DNA of 64,000 bases from a phage. The position numbers and the translations under genes were made by a program. Below, piece after piece: positions 17,789 to 28,254 of the stretch. The stretch lies in sequence record PZ445454.1. One strand, given 5' to 3'. The notes beneath the pieces are model-generated. The model saw only the letters and a program-made list of their open reading frames with translations. It did not search any database and was not told the origin of the DNA. Positions within the stretch are counted from its first letter, which is position 1. Every line of letters begins with the position of its first letter.

Positions 17789-18519
17789 AAAACTGGAATC
17801 TTCGTTGCGGAAAAACTCAAAAACAACCATACAGTAATGAGTATTGGGAGTCTTTGAAATCTCAATCTCTGTGTATGCTTGAAGAAGCAAAAGAGCTTGT
17901 AAAAGCAATTGAAGAGAAAGACCCCATTGAGACACTGGATGCTCAGGCAGATTTGCAATATGTTCTTGACGGTTTGATTTATCTGTCACAACATGACCAT
18001 AACGGTGCTATGAAAGCTGTTTGCCATAATAATGACCTGAAGTACACAGATGACTATGAAGAAGCTTTAAAACGTCTTGCAGATGTTGAGAAGCGTACTG
18101 GTCAAGAGTGTATCATCAGAATGTCAGTGGTTGATGGTAAAGAGTGGTATGCGATTGTCCGTGCAGCCGATGGGAAGATTATGAAGCAATCAAATCTCCC
18201 TAAAGTACAGCTTGGTGAATACATTGTAGAGCTTGAAAGCCAAGAACTTTTTGTGGTAGTATCTGAGACATGCGTTATCTGCAAAGGTATTGTAGGTAGC
18301 TTAAAGGATTTGGGTGTAGATGGTTTTGTAGAAGTTAATCCAATTACCTCTAAAGCAGATAAAGATTTCTGTAAAGAGAATGGACTATGGATTGCAGATA
18401 TTGTCTACTATGATGGTGAGCAGTTCCATGTAACCTCATACCCGAAACTGAATTATGATGCTAATAACCTGAAGTGCTGGTTAAAAGGGGTTGGTTATAA
18501 TGGATTCACAGAACATTAA
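17764..18519 (+). CDS. hypothetical protein
   Basis: 251 aa ORF. Confidence 0.5.
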   Translation: MFNSRESVKNWNLRCGKTQKQPYSNEYWESLKSQSLCMLEEAKELVKAIEEKDPIETLDAQADLQYVLDGLIYLSQHDHNGAMKAVCHNNDLKYTDDYEEALKRLADVEKRTGQECIIRMSVVDGKEWYAIVRAADGKIMKQSNLPKVQLGEYIVELESQELFVVVSETCVICKGIVGSLKDLGVDGFVEVNPITSKADKDFCKENGLWIADIVYYDGEQFHVTSYPKLNYDANNLKCWLKGVGYNGFTEH

Positions 18520-18823
18520 TAAAGAGGGTGTGGCTCAGAAGAGCCACTTCTCAAACTACAATATTTCTATGACGGTGTTTATGAATGACCCGTTACTAGA
18601 AAAATATGGTGAGACTCCAGATACACTTCTGGACAATGAACAAGTTTTAAAAGCAGTCCTGTACAAATACGGGATTGATATTGAGAAAGAGTATTCCTTT
18701 GAAATCTGCCAACATAGGAATACTTTCGGTAAAGTTGTGATGGCTCCGCTCTTTATGGGTGTAGAAAGGACTGACTATGGTTGGTTGTATCTAAAAAGAA
18801 ACTTGGAGAAATACCGTGTCTAA
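18491..18823 (+). CDS. hypothetical protein
   Basis: 110 aa ORF. Confidence 0.45.
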   Translation: MVIMDSQNINKEGVAQKSHFSNYNISMTVFMNDPLLEKYGETPDTLLDNEQVLKAVLYKYGIDIEKEYSFEICQHRNTFGKVVMAPLFMGVERTDYGWLYLKRNLEKYRV

Positions 18824-19154
18824 AGCAAAAAAGCTATCTTATGATGACATTATCTCAGGTGTTAAGCTAGGTGTTGACAGCATCGGACAAGACGTTAAGC
18901 ACGGAGACACAGTTATGTACTGTGATGACCGAAGAGGTAGAAGTGCAATCTTGTTTGGAAGAGTTGTTTGCAAGATGCGAGGTAATTACGTTGTTGCAGA
19001 CATGGATGTGAACGTTACACAAAAACTTGAAACAATTATGGATGATAATACATCATCATGGTTCTCCCTGAATTGTATGCACACTTCTTCAGTCACAAAG
19101 GTAAGTGATAAGTTTTACGATATGTGGCAGAATGAGCAAATTTTCAAGATTTAA
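18816..19154 (+). CDS. hypothetical protein
   Basis: 112 aa ORF. Confidence 0.5.
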   Translation: MSKAKKLSYDDIISGVKLGVDSIGQDVKHGDTVMYCDDRRGRSAILFGRVVCKMRGNYVVADMDVNVTQKLETIMDDNTSSWFSLNCMHTSSVTKVSDKFYDMWQNEQIFKI

Positions 19155-19159
19155 ACTAG

Positions 19160-19184
19160 GGAGCCTCTTCGGAGGCTCTTTTCA
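19160..19184 (+). terminator. intrinsic terminator
   Basis: GAGCCTC-TTCG-GAGGCTC followed by TTTT. Confidence 0.6.
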
Positions 19185-19200
19185 TCTGTAGGATTCAAAA

Positions 19201-21435
19201 ATGATTAAGACAATTAAAAAATCAAATGGTACAGTAGTAAGCTTTGACCCAGAAAGACTGAATAAGTGGGCATCATGGGCAGATAAACGTGGAATTATCT
19301 GGTCAGAAGTCACTATGGAAGCTATGAAACGTGTTTATGAAGGATGCACCACAAAAGAGATGCACCAAGCCATGATTGATGTTTGTGTTGATAAACAAAC
19401 TCAAGAATACTCAGATATGGCTGGACGGCTACTTTTGGGTATTATCTACAAAGAAGCCTTTGGAGGCTTTACTAAGGTTCCTACACTAGTTACCTTCGTT
19501 AAAAATATGGAGAGAGCAGGACTTTGGGAGAAGATGGACTATTCACAGGAAGAGCTTGAATACCTGCAAGGTTACATCGTACATTCAAAAGATATCTCTT
19601 ACGGTTATGCAGTCTTGAAACAGTTCAGAGACAAGTATGGTATCCGTGATATTAAAACGGGAAGACTTTTTGAGTCACCACAATTTATGTTTATGGGTAT
19701 GGCTATGAAAGCCTTTGAGAAGCAACCAAAGCACCGTAGACTGCAAGATGTTATCAAGCTGTACACTTACCTATCTGACCTGAAGATTAACGCTCCTACA
19801 CCTTATTTAAACGGTTTAAGAGCAACTAAATCAGGCTATGCGTCATGCTGTTTGATTAAGGCAAATGATACTGCTGAATCACTTGGTATTGCTGCAAAGG
19901 TTGCTTATGATATGACTACAAAGCAAGCTGGTATTGGTATGCTGATGGAGACTCGCACTATTGGTGATGGTATCCGTCAAAATACGATTGAGCACATGGG
20001 TAAACTGCCTTATTACAAGCTTGTACGTTCATCTGTAGAGGCAAACAAACAGAAGAGCCGTGGTGGTTCAGCTAATAACTTCTACACTGCTCTAGACCCG
20101 CAGATTGAAGATTTACTGCGTTTGAAGCACCCTACAACGGTTCCTTCTAAACGTATTAATGAGATGGACTACTCATTCGGCACAAACGATTATTTCTGGC
20201 AGTGTGTTCAGTATGATACAGATTGGTTGCTATTCTCTTACAAAGATGCACCAAAACTCTATGACATGTTCTACACAGCATCTGCTGATGAGTTTGCTAT
20301 GGCAGTTGGTCACGCAGTACATTCAGGAGTTAAGCACAGACGAGTCAAGGCTCGTGAAATTGCTAAGCTGTTTATTCAACAGCGTTATGCTACAGGTCGT
20401 GTGTATCCATTCTTCACTAACAATGCAAACACACATACACCATTTAAAGAACCATTGAAGATGTCAAATCTTTGCATGGAAATTGTGTTGCCAGTGTATG
20501 GTTTTGAGAAAGAGACAGACCTTTACAGAGACGATGCTGTGAAAGAGGATGGTGAGGTGGCTCTTTGCTTCCTAGCTAGTTTGGTTGCAGGGAGAATTTC
20601 AGAAGATGAATACGCTGACGTTGCTTATTATGCTCTTGCAATGGTTGACTCCGTTATTGACCTTATGGATTATCCGTATCCGTCGATGCGTAACCATGTT
20701 CAGAAGCGTCGTTCTGTTGGGATTGGCCTTACAAATGTGGCTCATTACCTTGCGAAGAACTACGTGAACTACTCTTCACGAGCAGGTAAAACGAAACTTC
20801 ATGAACTTGCAGAGATGCACTCTTACTATCTGCATGAAGCTTCTCTGAGACTTGCTAAAGAGCGTGGCGTTCCAGAGTACATGAAGTTCACTAAGTATCC
20901 TGAAGGTTGGGTTCCTCCAAAGACAGCTAACAAGAAGATTGATGAAAAGCATGATGCAAAACTACGATATGATTGGGATGACTTAGCACAACGTATCAAA
21001 GAAAATGGTGGAATCCGAAACTCTGTATTAGAAGCTTACATGCCTAATGAGAGTTCTTCACTAGCAACTAATACGACAAATGGCTTGTACCCAATTCGTG
21101 ACTTTATTTTAACTAAAAAGTCTGCAACTGGTAACGTACTGTTTATTGTTCCAGATTATGAAGAGTTGAAGTATGTCTATGAAATTGCTTGGGATATCGA
21201 CACCTTTGACATGATTGACTGTTATGCAATTGTTCAAAAGTTCACTGGTCAAGCTATCTCTTCAGACTTCTATGTTGACTATGCAAAGTCTAAGAAGGTA
21301 TCATTGGCTCAAGCTTTGAAGTACATGATTTATGCCAACTCGGTAGGTATGAAAACCATGTACTACCTTAACAGTCGCATTGGTGTAGGTAAATCTGCAC
21401 TGCAAGATGCTTATTGCGAGGGTTGTGGTGTTTAG
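19201..21435 (+). CDS. nrdA: ribonucleotide reductase class I large subunit
   Basis: 744 aa; N-terminal ATP-cone-like region; C-terminal CEGCGV tail typical of NrdA. Confidence 0.9.
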   Translation: MIKTIKKSNGTVVSFDPERLNKWASWADKRGIIWSEVTMEAMKRVYEGCTTKEMHQAMIDVCVDKQTQEYSDMAGRLLLGIIYKEAFGGFTKVPTLVTFVKNMERAGLWEKMDYSQEELEYLQGYIVHSKDISYGYAVLKQFRDKYGIRDIKTGRLFESPQFMFMGMAMKAFEKQPKHRRLQDVIKLYTYLSDLKINAPTPYLNGLRATKSGYASCCLIKANDTAESLGIAAKVAYDMTTKQAGIGMLMETRTIGDGIRQNTIEHMGKLPYYKLVRSSVEANKQKSRGGSANNFYTALDPQIEDLLRLKHPTTVPSKRINEMDYSFGTNDYFWQCVQYDTDWLLFSYKDAPKLYDMFYTASADEFAMAVGHAVHSGVKHRRVKAREIAKLFIQQRYATGRVYPFFTNNANTHTPFKEPLKMSNLCMEIVLPVYGFEKETDLYRDDAVKEDGEVALCFLASLVAGRISEDEYADVAYYALAMVDSVIDLMDYPYPSMRNHVQKRRSVGIGLTNVAHYLAKNYVNYSSRAGKTKLHELAEMHSYYLHEASLRLAKERGVPEYMKFTKYPEGWVPPKTANKKIDEKHDAKLRYDWDDLAQRIKENGGIRNSVLEAYMPNESSSLATNTTNGLYPIRDFILTKKSATGNVLFIVPDYEELKYVYEIAWDIDTFDMIDCYAIVQKFTGQAISSDFYVDYAKSKKVSLAQALKYMIYANSVGMKTMYYLNSRIGVGKSALQDAYCEGCGV

Positions 21436-21748
21436 TTTTAACAACTATGAGGGTCGTAAAAGACCCTCTAAAAATAGCTTTGGAGAGACCATGAAAGATT
21501 TAATAGAAAAACATGAGCGACCAATATACTTGCTCTACAAACCCCGCAAAACATTGTACTATGTGAGCAGCACAGGTATCATGATAAAGCAGAATGATGA
21601 CTTATGGGTCACTGGAGCCTCTTACATCTCTACAGCAGATGGTAAAATCTACGCAAGACCTTATGAGATGTTTAACAAAGAAAATTGGGAAGTTTTAGAC
21701 AGAAAACAAGCCTTAGAAATGATAAAGAAAGGAGAAATCACGCTATGA
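21407..21748 (+). CDS. hypothetical protein
   Basis: 113 aa ORF between nrdA and nrdB. Confidence 0.4.
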   Translation: MLIARVVVFSFNNYEGRKRPSKNSFGETMKDLIEKHERPIYLLYKPRKTLYYVSSTGIMIKQNDDLWVTGASYISTADGKIYARPYEMFNKENWEVLDRKQALEMIKKGEITL

Positions 21749-22818
21749 TTAACCAGCACCCAATCTTTTTAGGTGGTGAGAGAAAGACGTTTGACTCTCT
21801 TAATAAACACTACCCAAAAATCTTTGAACTTTATAAACAACAAAAGGCACAAGACTGGTCAGAAGATGAGTTCCCTTTTGAACAATCACGTCTTGATTTT
21901 GAGAGTGTTCCAGCATCAATGTCAGGTGTAATGCTTGAGATTCTTAAGTGGCAGTGGGAAGCAGATACTCAAGTCGCTAAAAGTTTAGCGTTTGCCTTTG
22001 CACCATTCATCTCTGATGACATCTATGCGACTGCAATTATGAAGCAGTCTGAGATTGAAAACCTACATGCTCTTACTTACTCAGAGATTGTAAGGCAATG
22101 TATTAAAAACCCTGAAACAATCTTAGATGAGATTAACCAGAATGTTGCTGTACAAGACCGATTAAAAACTGTGAATCGTGTTCTTGAAGAATTACTGGAT
22201 GAAGGTATAAACTATCGCCTGAGTTATGTGCGTGACTCACTTCTGGACAAAGACCCTTTACACTTCCATAAAGTGATTCTGAAAGGGCTGTTTGCAGTGA
22301 CTGCACTTGAAGGTATATCTTTTATGGCATCCTTTGCATGTACTTTTGCACTTGATGCTCAAGATAAATTTCAGGGTATTGCTCAAGCTGTCCAGAAAAT
22401 TATGCTTGATGAAATCCTTCACACTAAAATTGATATTGAAGTTTTAAAAGAAACTTTAAGAGATGATGAGTGGCAGAAAGCTTTTCAACAAATTCTTCCA
22501 GAGATTAAAGTAATCTTAGATGAAGTAGTTGAAAGTGAAGAGAAATGGTCGTATTATATCTTCTCCGAAGGACGTGCTGTAGTTGGCTTAAATACAAAGC
22601 TTCTTCATGAGTGGGTTTACTATAATGCTGCCCCACTGTATGATATGTTTGGCATTCCCAGAGATTTTGTAGCTCCTAAAGAACCACCTTTGAAGTACAT
22701 GATTAAGAAGATGGAAATTGATAAAGAGCAGAATGCTAATCAGGAGCAACAGAACGGTGCGTACCTATTGAATACTGTTGTAGATGATTTGAATAGTGGA
22801 TTTTTAGAGGTTCCTTAA
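21745..22818 (+). CDS. nrdB: ribonucleotide reductase class I small subunit
   Basis: ORF track 21685..22818; likely start at the internal Met (MINQHPIF) preceded by AAGGAG; ferritin-like di-iron protein length. Confidence 0.8.
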   Translation: MINQHPIFLGGERKTFDSLNKHYPKIFELYKQQKAQDWSEDEFPFEQSRLDFESVPASMSGVMLEILKWQWEADTQVAKSLAFAFAPFISDDIYATAIMKQSEIENLHALTYSEIVRQCIKNPETILDEINQNVAVQDRLKTVNRVLEELLDEGINYRLSYVRDSLLDKDPLHFHKVILKGLFAVTALEGISFMASFACTFALDAQDKFQGIAQAVQKIMLDEILHTKIDIEVLKETLRDDEWQKAFQQILPEIKVILDEVVESEEKWSYYIFSEGRAVVGLNTKLLHEWVYYNAAPLYDMFGIPRDFVAPKEPPLKYMIKKMEIDKEQNANQEQQNGAYLLNTVVDDLNSGFLEVP

Positions 22819-23060
22819 TGACTTATGTAATTTACTCCAAAACTGGATGCCCTCAATGTGAGACTGCAAAGAATTTTGCAAAAGCTCGTGGTATTGAACA
22901 TGTTGTGAGAATGTTAGGGCAGGATTATGAGCTATCAGACCTGATGGATATTGCACAGATGCCAGTTCGTCAGATGCCATTCATCATGAAAACTGATGGG
23001 CAAAACCTAAAGCCTGTTGGAACGCTACAGAATTTTATGGCAGAGGTGAATAATGCTTAA
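22818..23060 (+). CDS. glutaredoxin-like protein (NrdH/Grx-type redoxin)
   Basis: 80 aa; CPQC active-site motif near N-terminus; follows nrdB. Confidence 0.6.
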   Translation: MTYVIYSKTGCPQCETAKNFAKARGIEHVVRMLGQDYELSDLMDIAQMPVRQMPFIMKTDGQNLKPVGTLQNFMAEVNNA

Positions 23061-23259
23061 ACGCCTTTGGGAAGGTTTGGTTGTTGATGCACCAGCTATT
23101 GTGATTGGTATGCTTATTGTTAACCTATTTACTGACTTTGAACAAGGTTCATTGTTTGGAGCTATGTTACTATGGGTTATCTTCGAAATATTAGAGATAC
23201 AGTTAGGTATCACTGAAAAACTAAGAGAACTCTTTGCGAAGTTTTCTAAAAAGATTTAA
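23053..23259 (+). CDS. small hydrophobic protein
   Basis: 68 aa with two hydrophobic segments. Confidence 0.4.
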   Translation: MLKRLWEGLVVDAPAIVIGMLIVNLFTDFEQGSLFGAMLLWVIFEILEIQLGITEKLRELFAKFSKKI

Positions 23260-23266
23260 AATGAAA

Positions 23267-23288
23267 GGGTCTCTTCGGAGACCTTTTT
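23267..23288 (+). terminator. intrinsic terminator
   Basis: GGTCTC-TTCG-GAGACC followed by TTTTT. Confidence 0.6.
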
Positions 23289-23307
23289 AGCATGTAAAGG
23301 GGCAATA

Positions 23308-24504
23308 ATGAACAAAGTACAGATTATTAAAAAGAATGGCTCACTCGAAGAACCTGATATCAAAAAAGTTTTAGCAGCAGTCACAAAGTCAGCTAATAGG
23401 GTTGGGTATAGAGAACTCCCACCAGATGTTACCCAAGCTCTTGAGTCAGCATTTATGAGGATTCTGGTAAAATCCACTAAGCAGAATAACTTGCTCATCT
23501 CGGTAAATGATATCCACAGTATCGTTGAAGGTGCTTTGGCAGAAGTCAATCACGAGATTTATGAGTCTTACTCAACATACAGAAATTACCGTAAAGAGGT
23601 TGCTCAAAATTGGGATGAACTCTACCAGAAGACTAAAGATACACTCTTCTTAGGTGACCGTGAAAATGCTAACTTTGACAGTAGTTTAATTTCTACGAAA
23701 GGTTCAATTATCCGTGGTTACCTGACTAAAGAAATCTTTAAACAGTATCATCTAACACCAGAGGAACTTGAAGCCATTGAGAAAGGCTTTATCTATATCC
23801 ACGATTTGAGAGACCTGATTTTTGGTGGTATTAACTGTTGCCTGTTTGACATTGGTAAAGTCCTGAAAGGTGGCTTTGAAATGTCTGGCATCGAATATTG
23901 TGAACCAAAGTCTGTGCTGTCGGCCTTACAGGTTATTGGTGACGTAGTTCTTTCAGCAACTGCACAGCAATTTGGTGGCTTTACTTTAGCAGAGATTGAT
24001 AAGGTACTTGTGCCGTATGCTAAGAAGTCTCTACGCTACCATGCTGAGAAAGCAGCATCTTATGGTATTCCTAAAGAACATTACCATAATTATGTCATGG
24101 AGCAGCTACAGCTTGAATTGACTCAAGGTTTTCAATCACTTGAAATGAAACTAAACACTGTACCTTGTAGCCGTGGGGATTTTGCATTCACAACTTTGAC
24201 ATTTGGTTTACTTGACTCAGATATGTCTAATGAAGACAACCGGCTACAATACATGATTGCAAGTACTCTCCTAGATGTTCGTATGAATGGACAAGGTAAG
24301 AGCAAGAAGCCTGTTGTATTCCCTAAACTGGTTTATATCTATGACCAGAAGAGACATGATGAAAATATCTGTCAAGGTCACCTGTACAGTAAAGCCATTG
24401 AGTGCTGCTCTAAAGCAATGTATCCAGATTTCTTAAGTGTATCTGGTCATGGTGCTGTAGCAGAGGCTTTTGAGCGTTCTGGTAAGGTTATTTCACCGAT
24501 GGGT
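23308..24504 (+). CDS. nrdD: anaerobic ribonucleotide reductase, exon 1
   Basis: ORF ends ...SPMG then stop; the stop lies in the intron; continuation CRAFLSPY...GRANIGAVSLNLP found in frame at 25247. Confidence 0.8.
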
Positions 24505-25246
24505 TAACAGGCTCTATAGCTCATCTAAAACGTGCCTAAACAGGGAAACTCTACAGATGTAGACAATCCTGTGCTAAATGATGTAAGATGTAAGAAACTA
24601 TATAACATAGGAGTATTACATGCCAAATTATCATGTTACTGAAGACGGAAGAGTCTTTAGAGAAAATGGTGTAGAGCTTACACAGTGGAAATCCAACACT
24701 GGGTATATGAAAGTAAAGTTTTACGGTAAGAAGAATCGTGACATGTATGTCCATAGGTTAGTTGCTGAGAAATATGTACCTAACCCAAACAATCTTCCAA
24801 TTGTAAAACACAAAGATGATAACAAACTGAACAACCATGCTTCTAACTTAGAATGGGGAACTCATTCTGAGAATGTTAAAGAAGGTTATGAGAACGGTTG
24901 CTACAAGTTTTGTAAGCGTTCATATGCTGTGAAGGCTACACACAAAGTGACAAAAGAAGTTATTGCTGCCAAGTCAATACGAGAGTTATCCAATATACTC
25001 GGATATAATCGCAAGACTATCTCTTCAATATTGAAGGGTGTAAAAGAGCATAATAACTTTGAACATGAATTTGAATACATCTAAATGCCGAACGACTAAC
25101 CGTGATGAATGTAGCGGTGTAGGGTCAAGCGACTCGAAATGGTACGCTACTTAGAAATAAGTAGAAGATATAGTCTGGACTTACTGGTGACAGTAAGCAG
25201 CTTGGATAAAGCGGGGTAAGCGTAGCGAACTTGCCTGAACAACAAG
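24505..25246 (+). mobile_element. group I self-splicing intron interrupting nrdD, carrying an HNH homing endonuclease ORF
   Basis: 5' exon ends in T, intron ends in G; 5' region (CTAAACAGGGAAACTCT...GTAGACAATCCTGTGCTAAAT) resembles the T4 td/nrdD intron core as I recall it; ORF in a peripheral loop. Confidence 0.8.
24620..25084 (+). CDS. HNH homing endonuclease (intron-encoded)
   Basis: 154 aa; HKDDNKLNNHASNLEWGTHSEN HNH motif. Confidence 0.8.
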   Translation: MPNYHVTEDGRVFRENGVELTQWKSNTGYMKVKFYGKKNRDMYVHRLVAEKYVPNPNNLPIVKHKDDNKLNNHASNLEWGTHSENVKEGYENGCYKFCKRSYAVKATHKVTKEVIAAKSIRELSNILGYNRKTISSILKGVKEHNNFEHEFEYI

Positions 25247-26194
25247 TGTAGAGCATTTTTATCACCATACCATAACGAAGATGGTGAAGAGTTTTATGTA
25301 GGTCGTGCTAACATTGGTGCTGTGTCTTTGAACTTACCAATGATTTACCAGTATTCTAAAGAGAATGGTTTAGATTTCTGGAAAGAGCTTGATAAGTACC
25401 TAGAGATGATTCGTAGTTTCCACAAGAAACGCTATGAAATGATTGCCAATATGCCAGCAAGTTCTAACCCTCTTGCATTTACACAAGGTGGTCTGTACAA
25501 AGGAACTAAGAAGCCTACTGACAGGGTTGGTTGGGATATTGTGAAGTCCTTCACAGCTTCTTTTGGGGTTACTGCGCTTGATGAGCTATCTGTTCTTGCT
25601 GAAGGTAAACGACTTCATGAAGTTGGAAGTTATAGTTTTGCATATGATGTTCTGGCATACATCAACATGAAAACTGAAGAGTTTAAAAATGAAGATGGCT
25701 TCTTATATGCCGTCTATGGTACTCCAGCAGAATCACTTTGTGGAACTCAGCTAAAACAGTTCAGAGAAATGTTTGGTGTTATCAAAGGTGTTTCTGATAA
25801 GGAATATTTTACAAACAGTTTCCATATGAATGTTGCAGCAGACATCTCACCATTTGAGAAGCAGGACTTAGAAGAACCATTCTTCCATATCTGTAGAGGT
25901 GGCAGAATCCAGTATGTAAGGGTAGCTAACCCAGAAAACTTAACAGCACTTAAAAGTTGTATTACAAGAGGGATGTTGAAAGGTTTTTATCAGGGACTTA
26001 ACTTTGACTTAGCAATCTGTGAACATTGTGGTAACAGACCAAAGGCTGATGTCGAAGAATGTGAGGTTTGCCATTCACATGATATCTCTGTGATTAACAG
26101 GGTGTGCGGATATCTGGGATGGACTAAGATTAAAGGTGAATCCCGAATGAATGATGCAAAAATCGCTGAGATTCGTGACAGGATTTCTATGTAA
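25247..26194 (+). CDS. nrdD: anaerobic ribonucleotide reductase, exon 2
   Basis: C-terminal Cys cluster CEHCG...CEVC and glycyl-radical motif RVCGYLG; ORF track 25322..26194 but the frame is open from 25247. Confidence 0.8.
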   Translation, partial: CRAFLSPYHNEDGEEFYVGRANIGAVSLNLPMIYQYSKENGLDFWKELDKYLEMIRSFHKKRYEMIANMPASSNPLAFTQGGLYKGTKKPTDRVGWDIVKSFTASFGVTALDELSVLAEGKRLHEVGSYSFAYDVLAYINMKTEEFKNEDGFLYAVYGTPAESLCGTQLKQFREMFGVIKGVSDKEYFTNSFHMNVAADISPFEKQDLEEPFFHICRGGRIQYVRVANPENLTALKSCITRGMLKGFYQGLNFDLAICEHCGNRPKADVEECEVCHSHDISVINRVCGYLGWTKIKGESRMNDAKIAEIRDRISM

Positions 26195-26348
26195 AACTTG
26201 ACAAGATGGTGTGGGTCTTGATAGGCTTACATCACCTTTTTTATTGGATGTTAGATATGGCAGAGAGTATTATTGGGTTGTTCATAGGTTCTGTCTTACT
26301 AGGGTTCTTTTTAGGACTCTCTTATTGTGAATTGAGAGATAAGTTAAA

Positions 26349-26549
26349 ATGTTTAAGATATCAAAAACGATGATATACATACTCCACATTCTAATCTTCT
26401 TCTTTGGGGTTAGTGTTATGGTATGGGGTTTTTCAGACCCACAATGGAGTTTCTCATATCATGGTCAGATGGATTTATGGTCATGCTTCAAACCATTTTT
26501 AGGGTTAGCTATAGCATTCAGTGCATTACCAACTAAGGTGAAATTATGA
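26349..26549 (+). CDS. small membrane protein
   Basis: 66 aa, two hydrophobic helices. Confidence 0.4.
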   Translation: MFKISKTMIYILHILIFFFGVSVMVWGFSDPQWSFSYHGQMDLWSCFKPFLGLAIAFSALPTKVKL

Positions 26550-26941
26550 TTAAGTTAAACCAAAAACAGTTAGAGTGGCTTAAAGATTACGCCTCAGAGT
26601 GTGGCTCTTGCGAAAAGAATCACGTAAAATACTCAACATTCCATACGACCTTCATATTGTATATCAGCGACAACGTTCTAAGCGATTCCGTAGAAGATGG
26701 TGTAGTATTGCCTAATGAGTTACTTGATAAATTAGCTGTAGTCACTGGAACTTGGTCTGAAGAAGATGGTCATGAATTATCTGATGATGTTGTCTTCTAC
26801 ACCCTTGAAAACATCATGAATCCAGAGTACATTATACTAATGACTTGCGCGCAAGATTGTGTTCCATTACAAGACTTTATTAAAGAACACTGTGAAGAGT
26901 TTATTACTAAACAGGTTCCTTGTGAGGTGGTGTTTGAATGA
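26546..26941 (+). CDS. hypothetical protein
   Basis: 131 aa ORF. Confidence 0.5.
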   Translation: MIKLNQKQLEWLKDYASECGSCEKNHVKYSTFHTTFILYISDNVLSDSVEDGVVLPNELLDKLAVVTGTWSEEDGHELSDDVVFYTLENIMNPEYIILMTCAQDCVPLQDFIKEHCEEFITKQVPCEVVFE

Positions 26942-27237
26942 GTAAAACAATTCGAAGAAAAGGTTTAAAGAACGTTCATGGACTCTATGAGTGGAGAAAT
27001 GAGGTACGTAACAGAGAAAATGCTTCAGAGGTCTACTACCACTCTGATATGATGTCCAGAAAAGGTGGCTCTTACGACTTTACAAGTCAGCCTTGCAGAG
27101 AGATTAAGAAGGCTACTAAACGTCTTACAAGAACACAAATAAGGCAGCTTTCTAAGACATCCTTCTTAGATGAAGACTTTGACATTGATAGCAAGTCTCC
27201 AAAGAAAGCCGCTAACAGCACTTATATGTATTGGTGA
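26938..27237 (+). CDS. hypothetical protein
   Basis: 99 aa ORF. Confidence 0.5.
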   Translation: MSKTIRRKGLKNVHGLYEWRNEVRNRENASEVYYHSDMMSRKGGSYDFTSQPCREIKKATKRLTRTQIRQLSKTSFLDEDFDIDSKSPKKAANSTYMYW

Positions 27238-27246
27238 GGTAACTAG

Positions 27247-27732
27247 ATGAATTACATGGAGATTCGACCATTTGACACAGCTAATGGTGAAGGGGTTCGT
27301 GTAAGCCTCTTCGTAGCTGGCTGTAAACATCACTGTGAAGGATGCTTTAACAGGGAGTCTTGGAAGTTTAATGCTGGTAAAGAGTTTACCTATGCAAACC
27401 TCTACGGCATCATTAAGTTAATGGATGATAATGCTATCAGTGGGTTGTCAATACTTGGTGGGGAGCCTCTGGATGACAGAAACATTCAAGAGGTCACCAA
27501 CATATGCAAGCGTATTAAAACTGTTTATCCAGAAAAGTCTATATGGCTTTGGACAGGTTTTCAACTGCACGAAAAAATCCACTTAGATGTGATGAAATAT
27601 GTTGACGTGGTGATTGATGGTAAGTATGATTCATCTAAACCAACAGTTAAACCATATCGTGGTTCTGATAACCAAAACCTCTGGAGAAAAGAGTATGGAT
27701 GGCAAGGCGATTGTCAGTGGAGAGCAGAGTGA
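27247..27732 (+). CDS. nrdG: anaerobic ribonucleotide reductase activating protein (radical SAM)
   Basis: 161 aa; CKHHCEGC radical-SAM cysteine motif near N-terminus; located near nrdD. Confidence 0.75.
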   Translation: MNYMEIRPFDTANGEGVRVSLFVAGCKHHCEGCFNRESWKFNAGKEFTYANLYGIIKLMDDNAISGLSILGGEPLDDRNIQEVTNICKRIKTVYPEKSIWLWTGFQLHEKIHLDVMKYVDVVIDGKYDSSKPTVKPYRGSDNQNLWRKEYGWQGDCQWRAE

Positions 27733-27970
27733 TTATTCTGGCAAGTGGACTTATGACATCAACAAGTTAGATGCTTGGATGATTTATACGAGAGAAAAAT
27801 TTGGTGCACATTCATTATGTGCTCTTGCAACGATTGTAAAGAATGTCACCTTTGTCATAAACGAGTCAGATAAATTTGGAAACTTCTACAGGATTCAAAA
27901 CATTAGAGAAGGTATAACTCCAATCGGTATCACTGAAGAAGAACTTCATAAGTTCTGTATCAAACTTTAA
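27695..27970 (+). CDS. hypothetical protein
   Basis: ORF track 27614..27970; internal Met at 27695 with RBS-like GGAGAAAAGAG avoids a long overlap with nrdG. Confidence 0.4.
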   Translation: MDGKAIVSGEQSDYSGKWTYDINKLDAWMIYTREKFGAHSLCALATIVKNVTFVINESDKFGNFYRIQNIREGITPIGITEEELHKFCIKL

Positions 27971-27973
27971 TGA

Positions 27974-28252
27974 GTGAGACTAAAAATGGGAATTTTAGGT
28001 AATATGAAAGCTGGATTCTTGAAGGCACTGGCAAAAGCAGCAGCAATCATTTCTATGACTGGAAAGCAGGTTGGTGTGGATGCTTCAGCAATTGCACAGG
28101 TTCTTGCAAGCCAAATTGAACAGCAGCCTTACATCCACGTTGGACGTGGTAAAGGTGGTAAAAAACAAGCACATCGACCAACTGGTGCAGCAGCTATTAA
28201 ACGAGCAGCTAAGAAAGCTCGTAACCGTAAACGTAATAAGAAGGCTAAATAA
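27974..28252 (+). CDS. small basic protein (lysine/arginine-rich C-terminus)
   Basis: 92 aa; C-terminal KRAAKKARNRKRNKKAK. Confidence 0.45.
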   Translation: MRLKMGILGNMKAGFLKALAKAAAIISMTGKQVGVDASAIAQVLASQIEQQPYIHVGRGKGGKKQAHRPTGAAAIKRAAKKARNRKRNKKAK

Positions 28253-28254
28253 TC

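Noticed and set aside
27974-28252. Small basic protein as a histone-like or nucleoid protein
   Set aside because: Only compositional evidence (Lys/Arg-rich tail); no recognisable HU/H-NS motifs, so left as hypothetical
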